Assembly: GCF_009914755.1 (NCBI RefSeq)
Contig: NC_060928.1
Direction: 5' to 3' (one strand)
From: the human T2T-CHM13v2.0 reference genome, Homo sapiens
Length of the DNA stretch: 64,000 bases
In this document: piece after piece, positions 16,281-30,892 of the stretch
How positions within the stretch are numbered: the stretch's first letter is position 1
Layout: every line of letters starts with the position of its first letter
Made by a program: the position numbers and the translations under genes
The notes under the pieces: generated by a model
The model's input: only the letters and a program-made list of their open reading frames with translations
The model's database searches: none
Told to the model about the DNA's origin: nothing

Positions 16281-16605
16281 TTTTTTTTGTTTGTTTGTTT
16301 TGCTTTTCTTTGAGACAAGATCTTGCTGTGTTGCCCAGGCTGGAGTGCAGTGGTGCAATCTTGGCTCACTACAACTTCCGCCTCCCAGGCTCAAGTGATC
16401 CTCCCAACTCGGCTTTCCAATTAGCCGAGTACCTGGGACCACAGGTGCATGCCACCATGCCTGGCTAATTTTTGTACTCTTTGTAAGGGCAGGGTCTCAC
16501 CTTACAAAGTTTTCCTGGTTGGTCTCAAACTCTTGGGCTCAAGCATTCACCCACCTCAGCCTCCTAAAGTGCTGGGATTACAGGCATGAGCCACAGCACT
16601 TGTCC
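16281..16605 (-). mobile_element. AluJ
   Basis: Reverse Alu with ggctcaagtgatcctccc and tgggctcaagc J-type motifs. Confidence 0.9.
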
Positions 16606-16886
16606 TCTTTGTGTTTTTGATGTACGCATACAGTCAAATGTTTGCTTTAGAAGGCAATTGAACCATACCATACTATTAATACAGTATCAATTACTTTCCA
16701 AAAGTTGTATTATGCATTTGACTTTCTGCAAATTTTACTTTTAATTTTATTTGGGAATACCTATTGTTGTTCTACCATCCTTAAAGTTCACCATAAACCT
16801 CCTTTTTACCTGTAAAGAGTTCCATAACCACATATTTTAAAGGTATGATGATCTTTTAAATCTGCCTCTAACAATATTAACCAACA

Positions 16887-17066
16887 CAGTGGTACTCAAA
16901 CTCTTGCTGGTAGCATCTGCATTGCCTAGAAGCTTGCCGCAAATGGAAATTTTTGAGCCATATATCAGGCCTACTGAGCCAGCATCTCTGGGGATAAGGC
17001 CCAAGAATTTGTGTTTTTACAAGCTCTCCAAGAGATTTTCATGCACAGAAAGTTTGAAAAGGACTA
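16887..17066. mobile_element. MER5A-like hAT-Charlie MITE
   Basis: cagtggtactcaaact...catctctggggataaggcccaagaatttgtgtttttacaagctctcc...aaagtttgaaaaggact. Confidence 0.75.
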
Positions 17067-17231
17067 ATTTAACAAAAGCAACTAATAAAATTTTAGGAAT
17101 TCATTCTTGTTTAAATGAGCATCGAAACTCCTTTAGGATAGTATGTAATTCATTTCTGCTTACTGAGCAAATGTTCCTGATGTGTAGCCTTCCTAGAATG
17201 TAAAACTAGACTTACTGAGCCAATTAATTCA

Positions 17232-17400
17232 TTGTGTCTCAAAGTATGGTTGGAGGATCACATATGTGTCTTAGCCAACTGGAAAGACTGCTAAACGCGT
17301 GATCCCTGGGCCAATTCCGACTACTATAGCATAATCTTTGTGGATAAAAACTAGGGCTCATCAGTTTTAACAATGATTTTTAGGAACAGTAAAAAATGGA
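17232..17400. mobile_element. MER5B-like hAT-Charlie relic
   Basis: gtgtctcaaagtatggtt...gatccctgggccaattccgactact...cagttttaaca. Confidence 0.5.
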
Positions 17401-17760
17401 TAATGTTTTACTACTTCTGATAGCTGAGTGATTTAGTTAGCTCCCTTAAATTTATATGGAAGAGTATTTCATCTCTAGGGGGTCATTTTTCAGTGAATAT
17501 GAATTGATTCATTCACACACCAGGAAACAATAAGAAAATCCAATAGATAATCCATTCACAGAGGGATACATTTTTATTTGTCTCCTCTAATTTTCTTGCA
17601 TACACACTTCTTATCAGCATAACATGGTGTATCTTCTAGAGTCTAGGAGAACTAGTATGGAGGTCAGTCTTGCCAGTATTAGCTGTCGGTCTTATGAAAA
17701 ACTAAAATGTCCACTCTGTAGTATTCTCATCTTTAGAATGTGGTTAAAAGAGTAATTGTC

Positions 17761-18053
17761 AGCCGGGCTTGGTGGCTCATGCCTGTAATCCCAGCACTTT
17801 GGGAGGCCGAGGCGGGTGGATCACGAGGTCAGGAGTTCAAGACCAGCCTGGCCAAGATGGTGAAACCCTGTCTCTACTAAAAATACAAAAAAATTAGCCG
17901 GGCACAGTGGAGGGCGCCTGTAGTCCCAGCTACTCGGGAGGTTGAGGCAGGAGAATTGCTTGAACTAGGAGGGCAGGTGTTGCAGTGAGCCGAGGTCGCA
18001 CCACTATACTCCAGCCTGGGCGACAGAGGGAGACTCCGTCTCAAAAAAAAAAA
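17761..18053 (+). mobile_element. AluSg-like, inserted into a MIR relic (~17620-18110)
   Basis: gatcacgaggtcaggagttcaagaccagcctggccaagatgg; TSD aaagagtaattgtc / aaaagtaatgtc. Confidence 0.93.
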
Positions 18054-18232
18054 GTAATGTCCAATAGGATGATTGGGATGATATATTTAGATTACTATAT
18101 AAAACATTTAATAAGATATTCTGCCTTCTTCACCTCTGAGTTGTAGACAGTGTAATTAATTAATTTAGATGGTGACTGAAATGTAGGATCAGATTTGTTG
18201 ACCCAAAATATAGATTATCTTCCAAAAAATTA

Positions 18233-19376
<1,144 letters not shown>

Positions 19377-19562
19377 AACAGACACACATTAATACACATT
19401 GTGTATCTCTGTGTTTTAAACTTTTTGTGGAAAATTGGAAACATATAAAAGATAAACTTTTAGACTACAAAGTTTTGACATTGAATAGTCTCATAGAATA
19501 TTACTTAGGTACCCTCTTCTTTTTTACTATCCCAAATCTAGATTCTGAAGGCTGCCTAGGTT

Positions 19563-19745
19563 ATGGCTGTCAGGTTTAATAAGTAAAAATACTAAACACA
19601 AATTTAAATTTGAACTTTAGATAAGCAAGTATACCTTCTTAGTATATCACATGCAATATTTGAGACATCTTTATATTAAAATTTGTCACTGTTTATCTAA
19701 AATTTGAATTTAACTGGGTATTCTCTATTTTATTTAGCAGGATTA
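19563..19745. mobile_element. MER53 palindromic hAT MITE
   Basis: ttaaatttgaactttagataagcaa...atgcaatatttgagacat...tgtttatctaaaatttgaatttaactggg matches the self-complementary MER53 consensus. Confidence 0.8.
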
Positions 19746-20029
19746 GACTGGAGAGAAGGCTGTTTCCACCATAAAGACATTTACCCAGCCAGCCCTATGA
19801 AAACAGGAGCCTATTTCACTACTTGGTTATTGACTGAACAGAGTAGCCAAGAGGTGGGCCTTTCAGCCCTTAGGGCCTGCCAGACAGCATTAAAACTAAG
19901 TCTTCTGTGAAGAAGCTCCCTGTGCTTGGGAGTATGCAGCTTTAATGTTTGAAAGAGTGAGGGAGGGAAGAAGGGAGATAACCCTCCCAGAAAACAGAAA
20001 CGCAGACCGTGCTTTAGAAAAGATCTTTC

Positions 20030-20099
20030 CATATGTAACAAACCTGCACGTTGTGGACATGTACCCTAAAACTTAAAGTATAATAATAATAATAATAAA
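20030..20099 (+). mobile_element. Very short L1PA 3' tip (~70 bp) with 14-bp TSD
   Basis: catatgtaacaaacctgcacgttgtggacatgtaccctaaaacttaaagtataataat; TSD agaaaagatctttc (20016-20029) / agaaaagttctttc (20100-20113). Confidence 0.92.
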
Positions 20100-20303
20100 A
20101 GAAAAGTTCTTTCTCACAATCCTATCAGATGGAATGAGTCACCCACCTCCCTTGTGAGGGAAGGAGTAAGGCCCCCAGGATAATGCTTGTTGGGGCAGCC
20201 TTGGCTTACTCCCCTGAGAAAGCACACAGCTGAGCAGAAGCTGCCTCTTTGGAACCAGTGGTGGAATAGTTACTGGTTTTACGAATACAATGGACACAGC
20301 AGA

Positions 20304-20555
20304 TTTTGTTTGTTTGTTTGTTTTGAGACAGGGTCTAGTTCCGTCACCCAGGCTGGAGTGCAGTGGTAGGATCTTGGGTCACTCCAGCCTCAATCCCCTG
20401 GGCTGAAGCGATCCTCCCACCTCAGCCTCCCAAGTAGATGAGATTATGCCTGGATAATTTTTTAAATTTTTAAAAAATTTTAAAAAATTTTGCCCAGGCT
20501 GCTCTTGATCTCCTGGGTTCAAGCGATCCCGTCGCCTCTGCCTCCCAAAATGCAA
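20304..20555 (-). mobile_element. AluJ with internal deletions
   Basis: Reverse Alu (gggctgaagcgatcctcccacctcagcc); TSD cacagcagat. Confidence 0.85.
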
Positions 20556-21949
20556 GGCTTCACAGCAGATGTTTTCAGTAGAAATTGTCTTATATTTGTT
20601 TTGTGTTGTTATTGAAATGAATATAATGCTAGATATTTCTTGGTATTTCGGAAGTTTATATCTTATAGGATAGATTTTATGGTAACTTTTTACATCTTGA
20701 AAATTATGTTAAAATTATTTTAGTTTAACTTTGTTGATTATCTGCTTGTATGAATTGGCTTTAATGACAAGAAAATACTTTAAAACCCCAGGGTTACCTC
20801 CAGCTGGCTTGTCCTTTACCCCTGAAAATTTTGGTTTCCTAATATAGGCAATGACAAAAAGAATATTTAAATTCCACACTCTCCAAAGTTGCAAAGTAAA
20901 AATAAATAAAATATTCATAAACGTATCTGAAATGGGTCCAAAATCAAAGATTCAGGTAAATATTAAAATACATGTCCTTTTTTCTCTGTTGTAGATGGAC
21001 AGAGAGAAAAAAAAATCACTGAGTAGAGAGAGAAATTATATTGTAAATAAAACATATGGCGAAAGAAAACTTTTCAGGCAAATTAATTTTTAAAAAGCCA
21101 CATCATACACGATATTAATTAAAAATGTGTATATATATAATTTAAATAAAAATATTTTCCTTTTTGTTATCTTCTTCATCTTCCAAATTTTGGCATTAAA
21201 AATATTAGGAAGGCATTTCTATGGCTTTTAAAAAAGCTTTCCAAGCAGCTCTCAATTTATTGTTTCACATAATGCTACTCTTTTCTCTAAGTCTGCCTTG
21301 TCAGCTAACGTGTTTTGGGAAGAAAAAAGAAAACAAAACAAAACCAAGACTCTGTTCTTCTCATCTCTTTGATTGAGTTATCCTTTGCTAGGTGAAGTGT
21401 TGTGAGCTTTCATACCCTTCCCTGGGCTTCCAGCAGCTCTCCCCACGGAGTGCTGCCACAGCACCACCAGGAGCCCCAGATCCCTGCAAGGAGGAGATCA
21501 AACCTCCACAGCAGGGATTCCTCAAGACAGGTCAAGCTCCAGTGCTTGGAAAACTCAGCCTACATCACACAAAAATGTTATCATTTATTTGGAATTCTTT
21601 TTCAATGGATTGTCTCCACTTCTAAAACATTTCTAAGTCTAGTTCAAATCCAGCTGCAGATTCCTGGCACTTGCTTCCTTCCCATTCTTTTTCATATATC
21701 TTCTTTTATGTTGCATATACTTACTTCAGATTAAGTATATAAGTTAAACTTTCAGTCTATTCTGCCATTAGAAGAGTTTATTTCCATACACAATAAAAAA
21801 GGATCGTTTGTATTATCCTCAAGATTAGTGTATGTTATGAATGCAATATCTTTGCATTCAAGTGAATTTAAATATTATAGGAAGGGGTAGAGAAGGAAAT
21901 GCAAGTTATCACTGACTGACTTGCCAAAGTTAAGCAATTTTTAAGCATT

Positions 21950-22700
21950 TTGGCATGCATGATTGATTGTGTACTTTTAAATTTAATATTGTATGGTAAT
22001 TATTTTCTCACGTCATTAAAAAGTATTTTTTTCAATGGCCAGATAATAGTTTATCATGCCATGTACTGTATTTAACTTCAAATTGATAGTCTTGAACACA
22101 TATATTAATTTCAATTCCACAGATACAAAAAATAATTGACATTAAACTTCTTTGAGAATAAAACCTTGTCCAAATTTGATATATCCTTAGGATGTATTCC
22201 TAGACATGGTTTATTTCATATCTTATGAACTCTTTATTTGAAGGTATTTGGTATGAGTTGAGAAATTACATTACAGAAAAAAATTTTGAGTGTGTATTTC
22301 ATTCAATCTTTGCATTGTTTGTAAGTGCCTATATTAAGAACTTTTTTGTTAAAGTTTGACTATGAAATCTGATGAGTGAAAATTTAATCTTTTTCTTATT
22401 TTAATTTTAATTTCTTCAGTTAATAGTTAAACTGAACGCTTTCCATGTGTTTATTAGCCACTTCTCAATTTTTATATATTTATTTAGATAAAATTGTGCT
22501 TACCAACTCCAGTCTCAATACTCTCTGTTAAGGTCTACGGTGTATTCATCTGTTGAGGTTTTTGTGCTTAGAGTATCAATTTTTGTGAATGGGATATTTA
22601 TTATAACTAACAATTCTAGGTTTTATTTATTAAAAATTGAACAATCTGCTATCTATAAAATCTGTAATATTTCCTTTGCAATTTTCTTCCAAACAATTGT
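21950..22700 (-). mobile_element. Old L1M (ME-like) fragment
   Basis: tccttaggatgtattcctaga...ttttaatttcttcagttaatagt...tttccatgtgtttattagccactt is typical of the reverse L1M ORF2 end. Confidence 0.6.
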
Positions 22701-22702
22701 AA

Positions 22703-22836
22703 GTTTTACACCAAAATTATTCCAAGAACAAAGCACGTGAGACTATTTTATTGACAAAACTTTGTTGGCTGAAAGTTTATCTTCCGTATACTTCAATTTT
22801 TTTTCCCATAGGAGGTTTAAAGAGCACACACACACA

Positions 22837-22899
<63 letters not shown>

Positions 22900-23578
22900 G
22901 TTTCTGAAGCCCAGGCCATTTTTGGTACCAACTATATCAAGTTAGAATTTTTACATGTGTCTCTTCTGTACGAATCTATACCAAAATACATGGACAGAAA
23001 ATACAGTGATACATTCTTTTAAATGAATGCTGATTGCACTTTACAGTTTAAGAAACAAGGCTTCGATGTAGGGATTTCAGAGTGAACACTTACTATATAT
23101 CTTTGGAAACTAGACTGCTAACCTGTTACTGAAATGTTTGCATCAAATTGTTTATCAGGTTATTTTCTCTCGGTATATAAATATAACAAACTTGGACAAA
23201 GTGGATGTATTTTCAAAGGATAATAAAAACTAAGAATGGAGTGGGTCAATATACAAGGAGAAATAAGGCAATAGACTGGAATGTAGAGAAGAGAGAGAGA
23301 CTGGCACAGAGGGACAGTGGGGATGATAGGTATTTTAAAAAATAATGGGAAATGAAAAGATTTTCTCTATCACAGAAAACCAAGGTTCTGTGGAGACAGA
23401 CCCTAAACTAGACTCCTGCAGAGTCTAATGCTCGTTCATCACAAGGCATGCTAGACACTGCAAGACCCATTGGCCCATCTTTTTGATCCTCACTCTCAAT
23501 CATCTAAACAAGGCTGAGAGATGACTCTCTGTACAGCCTCTGCATTGTGTAATAATAACTCTGAAATAGTTTCTGATC
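22703..23578 (+). repeat. Local direct duplication, copy 2
   Basis: Colinear with 18233-19376 minus the Alu; roughly 75-80% identity by eye. Confidence 0.93.
22825..22897. repeat. (CA)n microsatellite with one interruption
   Basis: About 36 CA units read directly from the sequence. Confidence 0.98.
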
Positions 23579-24974
23579 TTTTCTCTTAGGGGTTGCATAA
23601 AATTTTGCTTCTAGCAAGAGAAATAAACAACCCATAACTAAATCTAGAAACTTAGCAGGCAAAGCTCTGTAGTCAGAATGGCTACTTCAATTTGAGCAAT
23701 TCTGAACACAATTTGAACCTCTCCACACTATGAAAATAGCATAAAATGAAAGAAATAATAGCTAATACACCAACAAGAAGTACAGTATATATGATGTACT
23801 TACAAAAAAATATAGAATTATGGATAATATGACACATTCATTGAGCAAAGAGAACATGGCATACATTTATCTTATATAAAATAATGTTTTATAATATATA
23901 TTTAATTGAACATGGATTCTTAATACAGAAACAAAAAATATTTTAGATTGATTATCATTGTACAATTCCTTAGAGACAAAAAATGTAAGTAAAATGTCTG
24001 TGGATTTTCCAATACAACCTACTCTTCCTATCTAAGTGATAATAATAGCCTTTAAGTAATTTTCTAAGGATTTTTATTTTAAAAAGTTTAATTTACCAAT
24101 GAAAAAACATAAATCTTTGACATTAAATGAAAGCTCTAACAGATGACGCAGATATTTCTAATAAAAACAACTCAAAAAATGGAGGAACTAAGCTCGTATA
24201 TTTCATTAGAGATATTGGATATAGCAAATTAGCCTTTATTTTAAAATGAGGTCTCTCAATCTAATTTTAAAAATAAATATAAGCGGACTTTTACTTACAG
24301 CAAGGTGGAGGAAATATATTTTTTTTCTCCATATTTCCTTCTAACAAGGAATGAAAACCCTAGACATCATATAAGAAAAAACAATAAGAGGATTTTGAAA
24401 GATAGAGAGAAATCAGACCAGCCAGTGGCTTTGGAACCCTAGGAAGAACTCAGTGGTGAGTTTCCTGGATCTTCCTTTAATCTCACATATCTGAGCCTTA
24501 TTGCTGAAGAATTCAACAACCTGGAGATACCAAGAGCACAGAGAAAACCACACCCCGACAAAAGTCTGCTCTTTCTAGCCAAAGGGTGAGGAACGGGCCT
24601 GCCTAGAAAGACATCATACTTCTAGACAACAACGCATCAACTCCAGCAAATGCCACAGAAAAAAACTGTGGCCCCGCTCTCACTCCCACAATACGTATCA
24701 ATTGGGGGGCACAAAGTTTCTTCCTCTCGAGGCCATAACGATGTGCTCCCCAAACCCTGCTGGGGTGGTTGGTGTGAGAGAGAGCCAGATAGGAAACTTG
24801 ATGTTCATCTTCTCTCGCTGTAAGAAATCCCCATGCCCCTTCCCCTCACTCCCGGCCATAGTGTCAGTTTATGTGATGTGAGGATCCTAGTGCTGCATCC
24901 TCACCACAAGAACAAGCCCCCCTCCACCACCCTGCCCATTATGATGGAGTCAGCAGAGCCCGGTGGAGAGTCCC

Positions 24975-25013
24975 ATAGACTGGTCACATAGACTGGCCGC
25001 GTAGACTGGCCAC
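24975..25013. repeat. 13-bp tandem repeat x3 (RTAGACTGGYCRC) in the L1 5'UTR
   Basis: atagactggtcac atagactggccgc gtagactggccac. Confidence 0.85.
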
Positions 25014-25194
25014 AGGGGATCTGGGCTTCTCACTCCGCCAGGCAGCAATGAAGTGGCACCCTCCCATTCTGTCAGAGTGGAGTCAGATCATGCCAGCTAA
25101 AATGCACGGTTTAAATACAGGCTTCATCACATGATTGGAAATGTCCACTTTTAAATTGAAAATCACTTATCATACCAAGATCCAGGAAGACCTA

Positions 25195-25533
<339 letters not shown>

Positions 25534-25872
25534 TTATAAATATGTGATAACAGATATAGAATTACCTACAAACGTTGTGAGGCAGCCATTGTAAAATGTT
25601 TCAAGGAGCACTTACAAATAGAAAGTGCCAGCAAAGAGATATAAAGAACAAAGGGGAAATTTGAATATTTAAAAATTAATAATCAATGCGAAAGTTTAGT
25701 GTTTGGACTCAACAGCTTAATGGAGGAGATAGAGTAAAAGATCAGGAAACTGGAAGATAGAATAAGAAAAGTTACCCGGTCTGAGCAACAGAGAAAAGAT
25801 AGCTGGAAAACAATAACAAAAATGACAGAGCATCAGAGATCTAAGGGACTATAACAAAAGATATTAGAAAAA

Positions 25873-26181
<309 letters not shown>

Positions 26182-29100
26182 AAAAGATATTAGAGAAAAA
26201 AAAATCATGCAACCAGAGTCCCTAAAGGAGAGGAGGAAGGGTGCAAAGGTGAAAAAGTTACTTGAAAAATAATGACTTAAAAAATAATGATGTTTGGCCA
26301 GATACAGGACACTACAGAATCAAGAAGCTGAGCAAACCTTCAACAAAATAATCCAAAGAAATCCACATCAAACAATTAACTTCTGAAATCTAAAAACAAA
26401 GAAAAATCTTGAAAGTAGCCAAAGAAAAAATGACACCTTAGTTACAGGAGAAATTCATAATCACAGTAGGTTTCTGATCTGGAACAATGGAAGCCAAATT
26501 AATAGGACACAATATTTTTCAAGTGCTGGAGGAAAGGAACCGTCAACACCAAATCCTATAGCCTTGAAAATGTCATTCAGAAATTAAGGGAAGATCAAGA
26601 CATTCTCAGATGATATATAATTAAGAATATTTATTACCAGCAGACATACCCTAAAATAATGACTGAAGGAAGTTCTCTAAACAGAAAGGAAAAAATAGAA
26701 AAAGGAATCTTGGAACATCAGGAAGGAAGAAATCATATGATTAAAACAAATATGGGTAAATATTATAGGCTTTCCATCTCCTCTTGACTTTAAGAGAGTG
26801 GGTTTGATGTTTGAAGCCAGAATTATAACACTGCCTCAAGTGGTTCTATATGAATGCAGATGAAATATTTATGACAAATATATTATAAATGGGGAAGAAT
26901 AGAGGAGCATAAAAGAAGTAAGTTTTCCCTACTTCATTTGAACTGATGAAATAAGGACACTACTGGAGTGTTATGAGTTATGTATAAATAATGTAATTCT
27001 GAGAACCACAGGAAAATCACCCAACACATTGAAACTAAGCAACAATCTTTTAAGTAATCTCACTATCAAAGGGGAAGGATCAAGGAAAATAAATAGAAAA
27101 TAATGCATATTAAAAGTTATGTGACACAGATAAAGCAGTGTTAAAGGAATTTTTGCACTAAATGCGTAATTAGAAAAGAAAAATAATCTCAAATCAGCTA
27201 TCATAGTTTGCATCCCAAGAATCTAGAAAAGTAATTTTAAAACATCAGAAAGAAAAAAATGATAAAGTTATGAGACAGTTAAGAGCAGAAACAAATGAAA
27301 TTGGAAACAGCAAAACAATATAAAAAATCAATGAACAAAAAAGCTAGTTCTTTGAAAGATCAACAAAATTGACATGAATGATGAAAAATAAGAGAAAGAC
27401 ATGAATTACCAGCATGTAGAATGGCACTAAAGATGCTTCACTATATCCTGCAATCATCAAAAGGATGATGAGAGATTACAATGAACAACCCTAGACACAT
27501 AAATTTGATACCTTACATGAAATGGACCACTTTCTTTAAAAAAAAAAAGAAAAGCTACCACAATTGACTCAACATAAATTGCTAATTGGGATAGTCTTTT
27601 AAGTAGTAAAGAAACTGAATTCATAATTAGACATTGTCAAAATGAAATCTCTGAGCCCAGATGGTTTCACCGGAGAAATTATTTAAAGAAGAATTAACAT
27701 CAATTCTAAAGAATCCAGATTATTGAGGGGGAGGGAACACTTTTTGATAGACTTTAGAAAGCTAGTATTACTCTGGTTTTGATTCATATCAAAACCAGAA
27801 TAAAATTGTTAAAAATAAAATATAAGGAAATAAAGAGAAAGCAACATATCAATAACCCTCATAAATATGACAGAAAATATTTAAGAAAATATTAGTAAAT
27901 TGAAATAAAATTCAGCAGTATATCAAAAGGATTATATATTATAACCATGTATCTTCTATTCTAAGGAAACAAGGCAATTCAGTATTCAAAAATCAAATAG
28001 TGTAGGCCCCCATATTAACAGAATTAACAAAACTCTTCTAATTTTCCAATTAGAGGAAAAATCACATGGTCATACAATTGATGCAGAAAAGGCATTTTAA
28101 ATATTCAAAAACCATTTATAATAAAACTCTCAGAAAACTAGAAATAGAGAGGGATATTTCTCAACCTGATAAAGAACATCTACAAAACCTGTGGGTATTT
28201 TCATAATGATGACAGAGAGAATGCTTTTTCTCTAAGGTCAGGAACAAGGAAAAAATGCTCTCACCACACTTATCTAACAGTGATTGAAATTCTAATCAGT
28301 GCAGTAGGGCAAATAATAATAATAACAACAAACACAAAGCAGAAAGGAAGAAACAAATGTCCCTGCCTACAGATGACTTGGTTGTTCGCATGGAAAATCT
28401 CAAGGAATCTACAAAAATATTCCTAAAAACAGTAAGTAAGTTCAGCAAGTTTACAGAATACAAGATGTATATTAAAAAGTTATATTCCTATATATTCACA
28501 GTGAATACATGGGAAATGAACCAAAGAATGTGATATCATTTATAATCACTAAAAATGAAATGAAATATTTAGGTATAAATTGAAACTACACACCACTGCT
28601 AAAAGAAATCAAATAAGATCCAACTAACAGAGAGTAAACTTAGTTTCTTGAATTGAAAGAGTAAACTTAGTAAGTAGTCAATTCTCTCTAAATTTATACT
28701 GGAGGTTTAATGCAATTCTGATCAAAATCTCAGCAAAATGTTTCGTAGGTATAGAAAAGATTGTTATAAAATTTATCTGGAAAGGCATAGGTCCTAGGAT
28801 AGCTACAGTAATTTTTACAGAGAATAATAAAGTAGGTGGAATCTGAATACCCAGTATCAAAACTTACTTTACATCTGTGTTCATTAAGAATGTTTGGTGT
28901 TGGTGGAGAGATAGAAATATTGGCCAATGGACAGAACAGAGAGCCCAGAAATAGACACACACAAATACACTCACCTAATCTCTTAAGAAGGGGCAAAAGC
29001 ATTTCAACAAATGGTACTGGAGCCATCGAACTCCACAGACCAAAAAACAGTATCTTAATGTAAGGCTTACATCTTATTAAAAAATTAACTCAAGAAAGGC

Positions 29101-29393
29101 CACACAGAGACATAAATGTAAAACAACTGTAAAACTTTTAGAATAAATATAGGAGAAAATTTCCAGTGTCTAGGGCTAAACGAAGAGTTCCTTGTCGTGG
29201 TATCAAAATCATGGTCTCTCAAAGAAAAAATAGTTAATTGGATTTCATCAAAATGTTTACTTTGCAAAAAAAAAAACACCTCTGTAAAGAGGGTAACAGG
29301 TCAGTTACTGGGCAGCTAAAATATTTGAAATCTACATATAGGTAAAAGGACTAACATCTAGGTCTATTTTTTCAACTCTCAAAACTCAGTAGT

Positions 29394-29687
<294 letters not shown>

Positions 29688-30423
29688 CAGAACTCAACGG
29701 TAACAAAAACAAAGAGAGAATAGGCAAAAGATATGAAGAAATTTCACAGAAAATGAAAAACATATGGCAAAAAAACACATGAAAAGATACTCAAAATTAT
29801 TTGCCATTTGGATAATTAATATTAAAACCGTAATGAGATATCACTGCATATCTTTCATAAAAACTAAAATCAAAGACAGTAAAAACACTAAATCCTGGTG
29901 AGGCTGCAAAGGAACTGGATCACTCACACAATGCTGATGGAAAGATAAAACGGTAGATACATTCTGGAAAATAGTTTTGCAGTTTCTTTAAAAAAAGTAA
30001 ACTTGCATTAAAACCCAAAAATTGACCTCCTAGCCTTTTATTTCAGAGAAATACAGACTTATGTTGACACAAAAACGAGTAAACAAATGTTTATAATAGG
30101 TTGATTCATAATATCCACAAACTAAAAACTATCCAGACAGACATCCTTTACCAGATGGAGGGTTAAACACACTGCGGTACCTCTATACGATGGAATACTA
30201 TTCAGTGATCAAAGGGAAAGAATTATTGATATGTGCAACAACCTGGATAATTCTCCAGAAAATGATGCCTGCTGACAGAAATCAATACCAAAAAGCTACA
30301 CGATTCCACTGAAGTCACATTATTGAAACGACAAAATTACCAAATGGAAAAGATATTAGTGATTTCCAGGAATTAAGGAGGGGATGAGGTGAAGGAAGTG
30401 GGTATGGCTATAAAAGGGTAAAA

Positions 30424-30892
30424 TGAGTGGGTTCAACTGTATTCCCCGCCCACACTAATAAAGCATATGAATATATGCTAATGCCTGAAGCCTATGAATA
30501 TGACCCTATGTGGAAAAAGGGGTTTTGCAGATGTCATTAAAGATCTCAAGATGACATTATCCTGGATTATCTGGGTGGACCCTAAATCCAGTATAAGTGC
30601 CCATGTAATAAGCCGAAGAGATGAGAGAAGGCCATGTGAAGACAGAGGCAGAGATTGAAGTTTTACAACCACAGGTCCAGGAACACCTGAAGCCAGCAAA
30701 ATAGGCAAGGCAATAGCTGGACTAGGCCAGGAAGGATTCACTTCTAAACCTTGGAAGGGAATGCAGCACTGCTGCTACCTTGATTTTAGGCTTCTGGCCT
30801 CCAGAACGGTGAGAGAATAAGTATCAGTTGTTTTAAGCTGTCCAGCTTGTGGTCATTGGTTAGGGGTTAGGACAGCTCTAGAAAACGAATAT
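30424..30892 (+). mobile_element. MLT1B/C-like MaLR solo LTR
   Basis: ttgcagatgtcattaaagatctcaagatga...ggccatgtgaagacagaggcagagattg...cttctggcctccagaacggtgagagaataa...gttttaagc. Confidence 0.88.

Noticed and set aside
22743-23022. CV- and HT-repeat ORFs
   Set aside because: Translations of the (CA)n tract.
30858-30871. ggttaggggttagg telomere-like motif
   Set aside because: Only two imperfect units inside an MLT1 LTR; a local duplication explains it.
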